Source: Bacteroidota bacterium
Lineage (GTDB): Bacteria; Bacteroidota; Bacteroidia; CAILMK01
Direction of reading: 5' to 3'
NCBI GenBank assembly: GCA_034440515.1
Contig: JAWXCF010000074.1
Span: 762 to 64,761, forward strand
Length of the DNA stretch: 64,000 nucleotides
The notes under the pieces are model-generated. The model made no database searches, was not told where the DNA came from, and saw only the letters and a program-made list of their open reading frames with translations. Positions 1-9,062 of this stretch are shown here, piece by piece. The translations under genes and the position numbers were made by a program. Position 1 is the first letter of the stretch, and each line of letters opens with the position of its first letter.

Positions 1-308
1 ATATGTTAATTAGCCTAATAGGTGTTGGATTGACCAAGATTAAAAATAGAAATGTTTTGGTGACAGCAGTTGGCGGTGGAGTTCTTGCTTCAATCACATT
101 TTTTTTAGTGTCTAACTTCGGTGTTTGGGCTGTGACCAATATGTACCCTAAAAATGGCATAGGATTGTTAGCTTGTTATGAAGCAGGTTTATTGTTTTAC
201 AGACAAAACTTCACCATCGTTTCAGATCTCCTCTTTAGCATTATTATGTTTGGCTTAGCTACCTACGTATTTAAATTGAACGTTAAATCAGAGAAAGCTT
301 TAGCTTAA
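1..308 (+). CDS. Integral membrane protein, C-terminal part (probably truncated by window edge; DUF6580-like from memory)
   Basis: Frame is open to the window edge. Three hydrophobic helices: VLASITFFLVSNFGVWAV, LLACYEAGLLFY, LLFSIIMFGLATYVF. Family assignment is tentative. Confidence 0.5.
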   Translation, partial: MLISLIGVGLTKIKNRNVLVTAVGGGVLASITFFLVSNFGVWAVTNMYPKNGIGLLACYEAGLLFYRQNFTIVSDLLFSIIMFGLATYVFKLNVKSEKALA

Positions 309-350
309 CGACATTGAATTTCTTATGTGCTATATTAAAATAGAATACGA

Positions 351-1271
351 TTAAATATCCTTATTTAATAAATCTTGTATAGCTGCTTTTAAATCCGGAT
401 ATTCGTACTTGAATCCAGACGATTTAATCTTTGCGCTGTCTATCATTAGGTCTGTTAATACAATTTCAGATCTTTCGCCAAACATTAGTTTTATTACAAA
501 TTCTGGAATTCCAGGTAAAAGCATTCTTTTCCCCCTTAATTCTGCTAATATTCTTAGTATATCATTCCAATTGGCAGTCCAATTTTCACTTACTGCATTA
601 TATATCCCTGTGCTGATATTTTCATTGCATAGAAATAGATAAAGATTTACCAAATCATCAATGTGAATCCAAGATACGTGTTGTTCACCATTTCCAAAAG
701 GTGCAGCCAAATTCATATTCATCAAATTGTTAAATTCCTTTAATGCTCCACCTTGCGTGCTGAGTACTATTCCCGTTCTTACAATATAATAAGGTACGGC
801 GTGTAGTTTTTCCACTTCTTGCTCCCACTTTACGCATATTTCAGCTAGAAAACCATCTCCAGCAGGACTATTTTCATCAAGCACTACTTTAGATTTACTA
901 CCATAATATCCTATTGCAGAGGAGTTTATAAATGCTTTAATACTTGTATTTTCTTCATTCAATTTTTTCACCAATAGCCTAGTGGTATCAACCCTACTAT
1001 CTAGCAATTCCTTTTTATAATCCTTCGTCCATTTAGCATTTACATTAGCACCAGCTAGGTTTATTACATAGTCAGCGTTTAGAAACAGATTATCTGATAT
1101 TGTTTCCTTATCAGGATCCCAGAAGTAAAATGATGTTAAAGTATTAGTTTTACTTGTTAATTTTTCTTTACTGTGACTCAATATTTTAACTTGATGTCCT
1201 AAAGTATTTAATTTTTTAACCAATCTGCCCCCAATTAGACCTGAGCCACCTGCAATGATATATGTCGCCAT
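351..1271 (-). CDS. TIGR01777/YfcH-type NAD-dependent epimerase family protein (SDR, DUF1731 tail)
   Basis: N-terminal Rossmann motif IIAGGSGLIGGRL, about 306 aa, ATG start at 1271. Confidence 0.8.
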   Translation of the reverse strand: MATYIIAGGSGLIGGRLVKKLNTLGHQVKILSHSKEKLTSKTNTLTSFYFWDPDKETISDNLFLNADYVINLAGANVNAKWTKDYKKELLDSRVDTTRLLVKKLNEENTSIKAFINSSAIGYYGSKSKVVLDENSPAGDGFLAEICVKWEQEVEKLHAVPYYIVRTGIVLSTQGGALKEFNNLMNMNLAAPFGNGEQHVSWIHIDDLVNLYLFLCNENISTGIYNAVSENWTANWNDILRILAELRGKRMLLPGIPEFVIKLMFGERSEIVLTDLMIDSAKIKSSGFKYEYPDLKAAIQDLLNKDI

Positions 1272-1365
1272 TTAATTTCTTATTAAAGCTGTTTAACACC
1301 AAATAATTACAAAAGTTCACAATAAAATATCATAGTGAATACACCTGAAGATGTATTGTATGCAT

Positions 1366-1373
1366 TAGTTTTG
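1366..1373 (+). promoter_or_regulatory. Putative Bacteroidota -7 box (TAnnTTTG) for sucC
   Basis: TAGTTTTG; ATG is 27 nt downstream. Confidence 0.4.
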
Positions 1374-1399
1374 AACCATATATATCCATATATTATCAA

Positions 1400-2593
1400 A
1401 TGAATATTCACGAATATCAAGGAAAAGACATCTTAAAAAGCTATGGTGTTGACATTCAAAGAGGAATTGTAGCTAGTACGCCAGAAGAAGCTGTTGCAGC
1501 TGCTGAAAAACTAAATGCAGATACTTGTACCAGTTGGTACGTAGTTAAAGCCCAAATTCACGCGGGAGGGCGCGGTAAAGGTGGCGGTGTAAAATTAGCC
1601 AAAAGCTTAGACGATGTAAGAACAATTGCAGGTAACATTCTAGGAATGACGTTGGTTACTCACCAAACTGGCCCCGAGGGTAAATTCGTAAATAAGGTTT
1701 TAATCACTGAAGATGTGTACTACCCAGGTGAGTCTGAGATTAAAGAGTACTATATGGGTATTTTGCTAGATAGGGCAACTGGTAAAAATGTAATTATGTA
1801 TTCTACAGAAGGTGGAATGGACATAGAAGAAGTAGCAGAACATACTCCGGATAAAATATATAAAGAGCATATTGATCCAGCATTAGGTATACAAGCTTTT
1901 CAAGCTAGAAAAATTGCTTTTAACTTGGGTCTTGATGGTCAAGCATTCAAACAAATGGTAAACTTTATTCAAGCATTGTATAAAGCCTATGATGCTACAG
2001 ATAGCAGTATGTTTGAAATTAACCCAGTATTGAAAACTTCTGACAATAGAATAATAGCAGTTGATGCTAAAGTAGATATTGATGACAATGCCCTATATCG
2101 TCACCCAGACTATCAGGCTATGTTAGATTTGAATGAGGAAGATCCTTTAGAAACAAAAGCTAAAAAATACAATCTTAATTACATTAAACTAGATGGAAAT
2201 GTAGGATGTATGGTGAATGGTGCAGGTTTGGCTATGGCAACTATGGATATGATTAAATTAGCAGGTGGTGAACCAGCTAACTTCTTGGACGTAGGGGGTA
2301 CTGCAAATGCTGAAACTGTAGAGGCTGGATTTAGAATCATATTAGGTGACCCAAATGTAAAAGCTATTTTGGTAAATATATTTGGTGGAATAGTAAGATG
2401 TGACCGTGTAGCACAAGGAATAGTTGATGCCTACAATAGCTTAGGCGATGAAATAAATGTGCCTATCATAGTTAGACTACAAGGTACCAATGCAATAGAA
2501 GCGAAAAAATTAATTGACGAGTCTGGTTTGAAAGTATTTTCTGCAGTACTACTGTCAGAGGCTGCTGATTTAGTTAAAGAGGTATTGAACTAA
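1400..2593 (+). CDS. sucC: Succinate--CoA ligase (ADP-forming) beta subunit
   Basis: MNIHEYQGKDILKSYGV N-terminus, ATP-grasp region with GGRGKGGGV, 397 aa. sucD is not adjacent. Confidence 0.95.
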   Translation: MNIHEYQGKDILKSYGVDIQRGIVASTPEEAVAAAEKLNADTCTSWYVVKAQIHAGGRGKGGGVKLAKSLDDVRTIAGNILGMTLVTHQTGPEGKFVNKVLITEDVYYPGESEIKEYYMGILLDRATGKNVIMYSTEGGMDIEEVAEHTPDKIYKEHIDPALGIQAFQARKIAFNLGLDGQAFKQMVNFIQALYKAYDATDSSMFEINPVLKTSDNRIIAVDAKVDIDDNALYRHPDYQAMLDLNEEDPLETKAKKYNLNYIKLDGNVGCMVNGAGLAMATMDMIKLAGGEPANFLDVGGTANAETVEAGFRIILGDPNVKAILVNIFGGIVRCDRVAQGIVDAYNSLGDEINVPIIVRLQGTNAIEAKKLIDESGLKVFSAVLLSEAADLVKEVLN

Positions 2594-2617
2594 ACCACGA
2601 CTATAACCATATTATAT

Positions 2618-2651
2618 AAACCGATTTGGCATTCGCTAAGTCGGTTTTTTT
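2618..2651 (+). terminator. Rho-independent terminator after sucC
   Basis: 13-bp stem AAACCGATTTGGC / GCTAAGTCGGTTT (two G:U pairs), loop ATTC, followed by a T-run. Confidence 0.75.
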
Positions 2652-2675
2652 ATTTAAACAATTTCTATTTCTAAG

Positions 2676-3296
2676 ATGGCTCAAATTATAAAAGTTTACC
2701 CTGACAATATTGCTCCTAGGCATTTAAAATTGATCATTGACACATTAAAGGAAGGTGGGATCATTATTTATCCTACTGATACACTATACAGTGTGGGTTG
2801 TGATATGCTTAATCAAAATGCTATTGAGAGACTTTGTCAGATAATAGGAAAGAAACCTGAGACAGCTAACCTATCAATAATATGTTATGATTTAAGCAAT
2901 ATGAGTCAATTTTCTACCCCAATTGAGGATAGCATATTCAAATTGATGAAAAGATGCCTGCCTGGTCCATACACTTTTATACTGAAAGCTAATAATAATG
3001 TTCCTAAGTTGTTTAAAAACAAAAAGAAAACAATAGGTATTCGTGTACCAGACAACAATATACCTAGAGCAATAGTGCAAGAGTTGGGTAACCCTATAGT
3101 AACTGCGTCAATTCACAATGAGAGTACCGGGGAATACTATAATGACCCAGAAAATATATTCGAAGACTTTAAAAACAAAGTGGATCTGGTAATAGATGGT
3201 GGTATGAGTGAAGCCATACAAAGTACTGTAATAGATGTAAGTACAGACGAGGTAGAAATAATAAGAGAAGGTAAAGGCGACGTAAGTACTATTTAG
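2676..3296 (+). CDS. tsaC: L-threonylcarbamoyladenylate synthase (YrdC/TsaC family)
   Basis: YrdC-domain motifs IIYPTDTLYSVGCD and IGIRVPDN, 206 aa. Confidence 0.8.
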   Translation: MAQIIKVYPDNIAPRHLKLIIDTLKEGGIIIYPTDTLYSVGCDMLNQNAIERLCQIIGKKPETANLSIICYDLSNMSQFSTPIEDSIFKLMKRCLPGPYTFILKANNNVPKLFKNKKKTIGIRVPDNNIPRAIVQELGNPIVTASIHNESTGEYYNDPENIFEDFKNKVDLVIDGGMSEAIQSTVIDVSTDEVEIIREGKGDVSTI

Positions 3297-5678
3297 TTAT
3301 CGCAAACTAATAATAGATACACCCTCTCCACCTTGGTCAGGGTTTTCATAATCTATACGCTCAACGAAATCATATTTCTTTACCAATTCTTTAATGGCTT
3401 GCCGCAAAATTCCATTACCCTTGCCGTGTACTATTCTTAGGGTCCTAAACCCAAGTGCTAGTGCCCTGTCTAGTTGCTGATCTACTTCTTCAATTGCTTC
3501 TTCAGCTCGTTTACCTCTCACATCTAATTGGCTGCTGAAAGACTCTATCATACTAGCTATGTTTACACCAGTTTTTCTAATGTTATTAGATTTTTCTTTA
3601 ATATCAATTAGGATTAGTTCCTTGATATTTATCAAAGACTTAACTGCACCAAATGAAACTAATGCTTTTTCTTTTCTCAATTCTTCTATCTTTCCAACTA
3701 AATCGCTACCCTCTCTAGATACTAGATTCCCCAAGCTGAATATTGGTTGATTTGGCTTGCTTTTTTGGTCTTCTTCCTCTAACTGACTTATTTCCTTCTT
3801 TACTTTGGTAGTTTTTTCTTTTATCTCATTTCTGATTTTGGATACTTCAATAGCACCTGCTTCGGCTTCTCTTATTTCTTGAATTTTATGCTCCAGATCA
3901 CGATTCAGTGCCTTTAGTGTAGATTCCTCTTTGTTTTTTAAATCTGTAAGCAGTTTCCTTTTATCTGTATCTAATTGCTTGGTTAAGTTTCTGTATGTAT
4001 CTACTAAACCATTTAATTCCTTTTGCTTAGCTTCTATTAGCTTGGCTTCTTTTGCTATTGCCATTTTTTCAGCTTCTACATTAGCTAAAAGGGTGTCTAT
4101 TTCTACTTCGGTACCTTTTATACGTTCTTTAGCATCTTCTAAAAACTCAGCACTTAGCCCTACTTTTTTAGCTATTTCAAAAGTGTAGCTACTGCCTGGT
4201 AACCCAGTTCGAAGTATGTAACTAGGTTGCATTTTTTTAGCATCAAACAACATACTAGCTGATACCAAACCTTTCTTGGTTGAAGCGTAATTTTTTATGT
4301 TACCAAAGTGCGTAGTAATGGCACCATAAGCACCTCTTTTCATCATAGCATCAATAAATGCTTCACCAATTGCTCCACCTAAATTAGGGTCTGTACCAGA
4401 ACCTAATTCATCAACTATAAATAAAGTATTCTTATTAGAATGATCCATAAAATATTTTAAATGAAGTAAATGGGAGGAATAGGTACTTAAATCGTTTTCA
4501 ATAGATTGACTATCCCCTATTTCTACAAATATTTTAGAAAATATTCTTGTCTGACTATTAGGCCCTGCTGTAATTAAAAATCCAGATTGTAACATAACCT
4601 GTGCAAGGATTATTGATTTCAAGGTGACCGATTTACCACCAGCATTTGGTCCTGAAATAACCATTATTTTATTCTGGCTATCTATTTCAATTGACTGACC
4701 TATGGCAGATTTATAAATCTTTTGCAAAGTATTCTCAAGGCTAGCGTGCTTTAAGTCTTCGTAACTAATCTTTTCATCAATTAGGTTTATAATCGGCATA
4801 TTCGCGTGAAACTTAATGGCAATTTTTGCCTTAGCCTGAATAATGTCAAGTTCAATAACAGCTTGATACCATTTCCTTATTTGGAGTGTGTAACCACGAA
4901 TGGCATCACTTAAATTTTTATTTATATCGTATATAATACCCTGTCTATCATTATATAGTCTATTCAATTGTACGGACAACTTATGTAGGTCCTCTGGTTC
5001 TATAAATACTGTCTTACCAGTAGCAGATACATTCAAAATGGGTCCACGAACTTTTCGTTTATGTTCTACCAATACGGCTAATACACGTTGTCCATCAGCT
5101 ATACTTTGTTGCTCTTGGCTTAGAATGTTTGCTTCAGAAAATTGCTTAACTAATACATCAAATTCCTTTTGAATTTGCCTATCCGTCCTAATTATATCTG
5201 AATTAATTTGATCAAGCTCTGGAGAAACTCCTTTTTTTATTTCGCCTTCACCATCATATACTTGATTTATGTATTTAAATACATTTTCATCATATTCAAG
5301 ATTTTGAAGCCATTCATCCATAAATGGATACTCTGATTGATCATCTTGAATTTTTTGTAAAACATTAGATAAATTTTTAACTACAAGTCTAATGTCTAAA
5401 ATACTTTCTACAGGTAGCGAAGAATTGTTAATAGCAAGCAATTGGAGGCTATGATCAAGTTCAAAATATGCATTTAGACCCGGCCAAGTGCCCGATGCTA
5501 TAGCAGACTTCACTTCATTAGTTCTGTTTAGTGCAGTAATCACCTCATCTTCATCATCTTTAGGAACTAGGGAAACTATTATATTTTTTGCAGGTGTGCC
5601 AACGCACGACTCAACTGCTAGCTCTAATATTTGGTTAAACTCTAATAGACTTAATATATTCTCTGGGTATAATATCAT
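3297..5678 (-). CDS. mutS2: Endonuclease MutS2 (MutS domain V plus C-terminal Smr)
   Basis: Walker A GPNAGGKS, DELGSGTDP, long coiled-coil, C-terminal Smr domain (LDVRGKRAEEA...RIVHGKGNGILR). Confidence 0.9.
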   Translation of the reverse strand: MILYPENILSLLEFNQILELAVESCVGTPAKNIIVSLVPKDDEDEVITALNRTNEVKSAIASGTWPGLNAYFELDHSLQLLAINNSSLPVESILDIRLVVKNLSNVLQKIQDDQSEYPFMDEWLQNLEYDENVFKYINQVYDGEGEIKKGVSPELDQINSDIIRTDRQIQKEFDVLVKQFSEANILSQEQQSIADGQRVLAVLVEHKRKVRGPILNVSATGKTVFIEPEDLHKLSVQLNRLYNDRQGIIYDINKNLSDAIRGYTLQIRKWYQAVIELDIIQAKAKIAIKFHANMPIINLIDEKISYEDLKHASLENTLQKIYKSAIGQSIEIDSQNKIMVISGPNAGGKSVTLKSIILAQVMLQSGFLITAGPNSQTRIFSKIFVEIGDSQSIENDLSTYSSHLLHLKYFMDHSNKNTLFIVDELGSGTDPNLGGAIGEAFIDAMMKRGAYGAITTHFGNIKNYASTKKGLVSASMLFDAKKMQPSYILRTGLPGSSYTFEIAKKVGLSAEFLEDAKERIKGTEVEIDTLLANVEAEKMAIAKEAKLIEAKQKELNGLVDTYRNLTKQLDTDKRKLLTDLKNKEESTLKALNRDLEHKIQEIREAEAGAIEVSKIRNEIKEKTTKVKKEISQLEEEDQKSKPNQPIFSLGNLVSREGSDLVGKIEELRKEKALVSFGAVKSLINIKELILIDIKEKSNNIRKTGVNIASMIESFSSQLDVRGKRAEEAIEEVDQQLDRALALGFRTLRIVHGKGNGILRQAIKELVKKYDFVERIDYENPDQGGEGVSIISLR

Positions 5679-5694
5679 TATTTATCTCAATACG

Positions 5695-5702
5695 CAAAAC
5701 TA
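5695..5702 (-). promoter_or_regulatory. Putative -7 box for mutS2
   Basis: Minus strand TAGTTTTG; start codon 17 nt downstream. Confidence 0.4.
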
Positions 5703-5749
5703 CATTTGAACAGTATGTAAAGTTCATATTAGCTTATGATTTGAGCCTT

Positions 5750-5757
5750 TATATTTG
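5750..5757 (+). promoter_or_regulatory. Putative -7 box for hbd
   Basis: TATATTTG; ATG 12 nt downstream. Confidence 0.4.
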
Positions 5758-5768
5758 CCCCAACAATT

Positions 5769-6683
5769 ATGTTTATGAAAAATATTTTAATTATTGGTTC
5801 TGGAACTATGGGCAATGGAATAGCCCACGTATTTGCACAGTACGATTATAAAGTGACTATGGTTGATGTAAATCAAGCCGCAATTGATAAAGGTTTGGCC
5901 AACATTGGCAAAAACTTAGATAGACAAGTAGCTAAAGGAACGTTGACTGAGCTACAAAAGCAAGCTACTCTAGACAATATTACCACTTCTGTAGATTTAG
6001 AAGCAGTAGCTGGTACCGCAGACTTAGTTATAGAGGCTGCGACTGAGAATCCAATTATTAAACTTGAATTATTTAAGAAATTAGATAGCATTTGCCCAGC
6101 TGAAACTATTTTAGCTAGTAATACTTCATCTATCAGCATAACTAAAATAGCTGCGGCTACTAACAGGGCAGATAAAGTTATAGGAATGCACTTTATGAAC
6201 CCTGTACCTGTAATGAAATTGGTAGAAGTTATTAAAGGATTCGCAACTAGCGAGGAAACTTTGCATACCATTTTAGAATTAAGCAGAGCAATTGATAAAA
6301 TTCCTGTACCTGCAAATGATTATCCCGGGTTTGTTGCCAACAGAATTTTAATGCCAATGATAAACGAAGCCATAATAAGCTTATGGGAAGGTGTAGCAGG
6401 AGTTAGTGAGATAGATAGCATTATGAAATTAGGTATGGCTCACCCAATGGGTCCTCTACAACTTGCTGACTTTATTGGCCTAGACGTATGCTTGTATATA
6501 ATGAATGTTTTATACGAAGGATTTGGAAACAGCAAATATGCACCTTGCCCTCTATTGAAAAATATGGTCACGGCCGGTTATTTAGGCGCTAAATCTGGTG
6601 AAGGTTTCTACAAATATGTTCAAGGATCTAAAGAATTAGTAGTATCTAATGCTTTTAAAAACAAACAATTAGAATTGGTCTAA
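5769..6683 (+). CDS. hbd: 3-hydroxybutyryl-CoA / 3-hydroxyacyl-CoA dehydrogenase
   Basis: Rossmann motif IIGSGTMGNGIAH, NTSSISIT motif, C-terminal 3HCDH domain. A second in-frame ATG at 5775 is an alternative start. Confidence 0.85.
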   Translation: MFMKNILIIGSGTMGNGIAHVFAQYDYKVTMVDVNQAAIDKGLANIGKNLDRQVAKGTLTELQKQATLDNITTSVDLEAVAGTADLVIEAATENPIIKLELFKKLDSICPAETILASNTSSISITKIAAATNRADKVIGMHFMNPVPVMKLVEVIKGFATSEETLHTILELSRAIDKIPVPANDYPGFVANRILMPMINEAIISLWEGVAGVSEIDSIMKLGMAHPMGPLQLADFIGLDVCLYIMNVLYEGFGNSKYAPCPLLKNMVTAGYLGAKSGEGFYKYVQGSKELVVSNAFKNKQLELV

Positions 6684-6711
6684 ATTTTAGAGTAAGTTCT
6701 AGTTTTTTACT

Positions 6712-6719
6712 TAATTTTG
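6712..6719 (+). promoter_or_regulatory. Putative -7 box for the merR-capA-dapA operon
   Basis: TAATTTTG; ATG 20 nt downstream. Confidence 0.45.
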
Positions 6720-6738
6720 GTTCCCAATAATAATTCTA

Positions 6739-7092
6739 ATGGATGAGTTGGGAACCAAAGCTTATTATAAAATCAGTGAAGTAGCCGAATTACTTGGAGT
6801 AAATACTTCTTTGTTGAGATATTGGGAGAAGGAGTTTCCGCAAATCAGCCCATTAAAAACTGCAAGTAAACGCCGAGTTTATAATGCAAAGGATATACAA
6901 TTACTTAGAAATATTCAATATTTAGTTAAGGTTGAAAAACATACCCTGGCAGGGGCTAAGAAAATATTAAATTCAAAAAAAACTAAAATAGACAGCCAAC
7001 TCGAAACTACACAATTGATAAATAAAATGAGATTAATTGTTAAAAAGCTTGAAATATTGAGAGATAATTTGCACAATATTAATAATGTATAA
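6739..7092 (+). CDS. MerR family transcriptional regulator
   Basis: HTH YYKISEVAELLGVNTSLLRYWEKEF, 117 aa with C-terminal coiled-coil. Overlaps the next gene by 8 nt. Confidence 0.8.
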   Translation: MDELGTKAYYKISEVAELLGVNTSLLRYWEKEFPQISPLKTASKRRVYNAKDIQLLRNIQYLVKVEKHTLAGAKKILNSKKTKIDSQLETTQLINKMRLIVKKLEILRDNLHNINNV

Positions 7093-8128
7093 ATATTTTT
7101 TACTCATACTTTTTTCCCTATTCTTTGATAACGCTCAAGGGCAAATAAATATTAGAATGGTTGGCGACTGTATGATTGGAACCAGCTACCCATCAACTAA
7201 ATGCCTACCACCTACAGACTCTAATATATTGGTGTATGCAACAGAGTACCTGAAAAATGCAGACATCACTTTTGGAAATTTAGAAGGCTGTATTTACGAT
7301 GAAGAAGGTGTTGTGAAAAAATGCAACGATCCGTCTAAGTGCTACGCTTTTAAAATTCCTAATCGTTATTCATTATATTTTCAAAGTGCAGGTTTTGATG
7401 TATTAAACTTAGCTAATAATCATAGCGGTGATTTTGGACCTGATGCCAGACTTAATACAGTAAATACATTAAGCAGTTTACAAATAGGTAGTTGTGGACT
7501 ATTGGATCATAAATGGTATGTTGTTACTGTAAAAAATAAGAAACTGGGGTTTATAGGTTTCTCTCCAAATTCTGGCACTTTAGACATTAATGATATTCCT
7601 GCAGCTCAATATTTGGTAAAGCAATTAGATTCTATCTGCGATATAGTAATTGTTAGTTTGCACACAGGAGCAGAAGGCGGAAAAGCATTGCACGTAAAAG
7701 ATAGATATGAATTTTTCTATGGAGAAAATAGAGGAAATCCTGTAAAAGTAGCGCATAGCCTAATAGATGCAGGAGCAGATATGATAATAGGTCACGGACC
7801 TCACGTACCTAGAGCAATTGATTGTTATAAAGGTAAGTTTATAGCTTATAGTCTCGGAAATTTTGCAACCTTTAATAGATTTAGTCTAAAAGGATATTCT
7901 AAATATGCGCCAATGATTGACATTTTAATTGATAATGATGGCAATATGGTAAAAGGAGAGATTCTTTCTTTTTTACAATATGGTGAGGGAATTCCTATAT
8001 ATGACGACAATAATTTGGTAGCAAAACTTATAAGGAAATTAACTAAGGAAGACATAAAAAAGCCTGGATTAAAATTCCAAACAAACGGTACATTTATACC
8101 TGTATTAAAAGCAAAAAAAATAAAATGA
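7085..8128 (+). CDS. CapA family (PGA_cap metallophosphatase-like) exported protein
   Basis: Signal peptide, NLANNHSGDFG and GHGPHVPR motifs typical of the CapA/PGA_cap domain. Confidence 0.8.
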   Translation: MYKYFLLILFSLFFDNAQGQINIRMVGDCMIGTSYPSTKCLPPTDSNILVYATEYLKNADITFGNLEGCIYDEEGVVKKCNDPSKCYAFKIPNRYSLYFQSAGFDVLNLANNHSGDFGPDARLNTVNTLSSLQIGSCGLLDHKWYVVTVKNKKLGFIGFSPNSGTLDINDIPAAQYLVKQLDSICDIVIVSLHTGAEGGKALHVKDRYEFFYGENRGNPVKVAHSLIDAGADMIIGHGPHVPRAIDCYKGKFIAYSLGNFATFNRFSLKGYSKYAPMIDILIDNDGNMVKGEILSFLQYGEGIPIYDDNNLVAKLIRKLTKEDIKKPGLKFQTNGTFIPVLKAKKIK

Positions 8129-9024
8129 ACATCACTTCAGATATCATAAAAGGAACAGGAGTTGCGATAGTTACTCCATTTTTAAATGGGAATGTAGATC
8201 ACGATTCCCTTTCAAAATTAATAAATCACGTTAACCAAGATGATGGTGTGGACTACATTGTGGTATTAGGGACAACAAGTGAAACTGTTACCCTAAATAA
8301 AGAAGAGAAGTCTGCTATTATAAATACCATAATTGAGGCGAATAATCATAGGGTACCTCTTGTGTTGGGTGCAGGTAGTAATAATACCCATCAACTAATA
8401 GAAGAGATAAAGCTAATAGCAAAAGATGACTTTGTCGCAATACTTAGTGTGGCTCCTTATTACAACAAGCCAACACAATCTGGTTATTTGGCACATTACC
8501 AAGCAGTAGCAGATGCTTCAGCTTTACCAATAATACTCTATAATGTACCTAGTAGAACTGGCAGCAATATGTTGGCTGAAACTACATTAGCTCTATCTGA
8601 ACACAATAACATTATAGGAATGAAGGAAGCGTCTGGAAATATGGAACAGTCTATGACTATAGCTAAATACGCCCAGCCTGAATTTGCACTAATCAGTGGA
8701 GATGATGCTCTAACATTGCCGCTTATGGCTTGCGGATATCACGGTGTAATAAGTGTGGTTGCCAACTCATTTCCAGTTCAATTTTCTGAAATGGTTCGTG
8801 CCATAAAATCAGGTGATATATCTTCTGCTGCTAATATTCACTATGAATTATTCAGCTTTACCCAATTAATATTTCAAGAGGGTAATCCTGGTGGCATAAA
8901 GGCAGCTCTAAGTATTCAGAGACTTATAAACGAAGAGCTTAGATTGCCCCTTGTAAATGTAAGTGCCGCACTCAAAATGAAAATTGAAGCTGAAGTTATG
9001 AGTATAACAGGTAAATACAATTAA
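8125..9024 (+). CDS. dapA: 4-hydroxy-tetrahydrodipicolinate synthase
   Basis: GTTSE, YNVPSRTG and MKEASG (Schiff-base Lys) motifs. ATGA overlap with the capA-like stop. Confidence 0.92.
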   Translation: MNITSDIIKGTGVAIVTPFLNGNVDHDSLSKLINHVNQDDGVDYIVVLGTTSETVTLNKEEKSAIINTIIEANNHRVPLVLGAGSNNTHQLIEEIKLIAKDDFVAILSVAPYYNKPTQSGYLAHYQAVADASALPIILYNVPSRTGSNMLAETTLALSEHNNIIGMKEASGNMEQSMTIAKYAQPEFALISGDDALTLPLMACGYHGVISVVANSFPVQFSEMVRAIKSGDISSAANIHYELFSFTQLIFQEGNPGGIKAALSIQRLINEELRLPLVNVSAALKMKIEAEVMSITGKYN

Positions 9025-9062
9025 TCTACCTGCTATACCCTAATTATATTGATCCTAATTAG

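Noticed and set aside
5873-6271. Long antisense ORFs inside real genes: 5873-6271 in hbd, 25732-26061 in phaE, 13320-13634 in the DUF4835 gene, 17117-17422 and 18291-18593 in clpC, 58711-59025 in the T9SS cargo gene, and 53040-53345 in the thioesterase gene.
   Set aside because: Each is fully nested opposite a gene with strong family motifs. They have low-complexity or Leu/Ser/Ile-rich translations, no start context and no promoter box. They are typical shadow ORFs.
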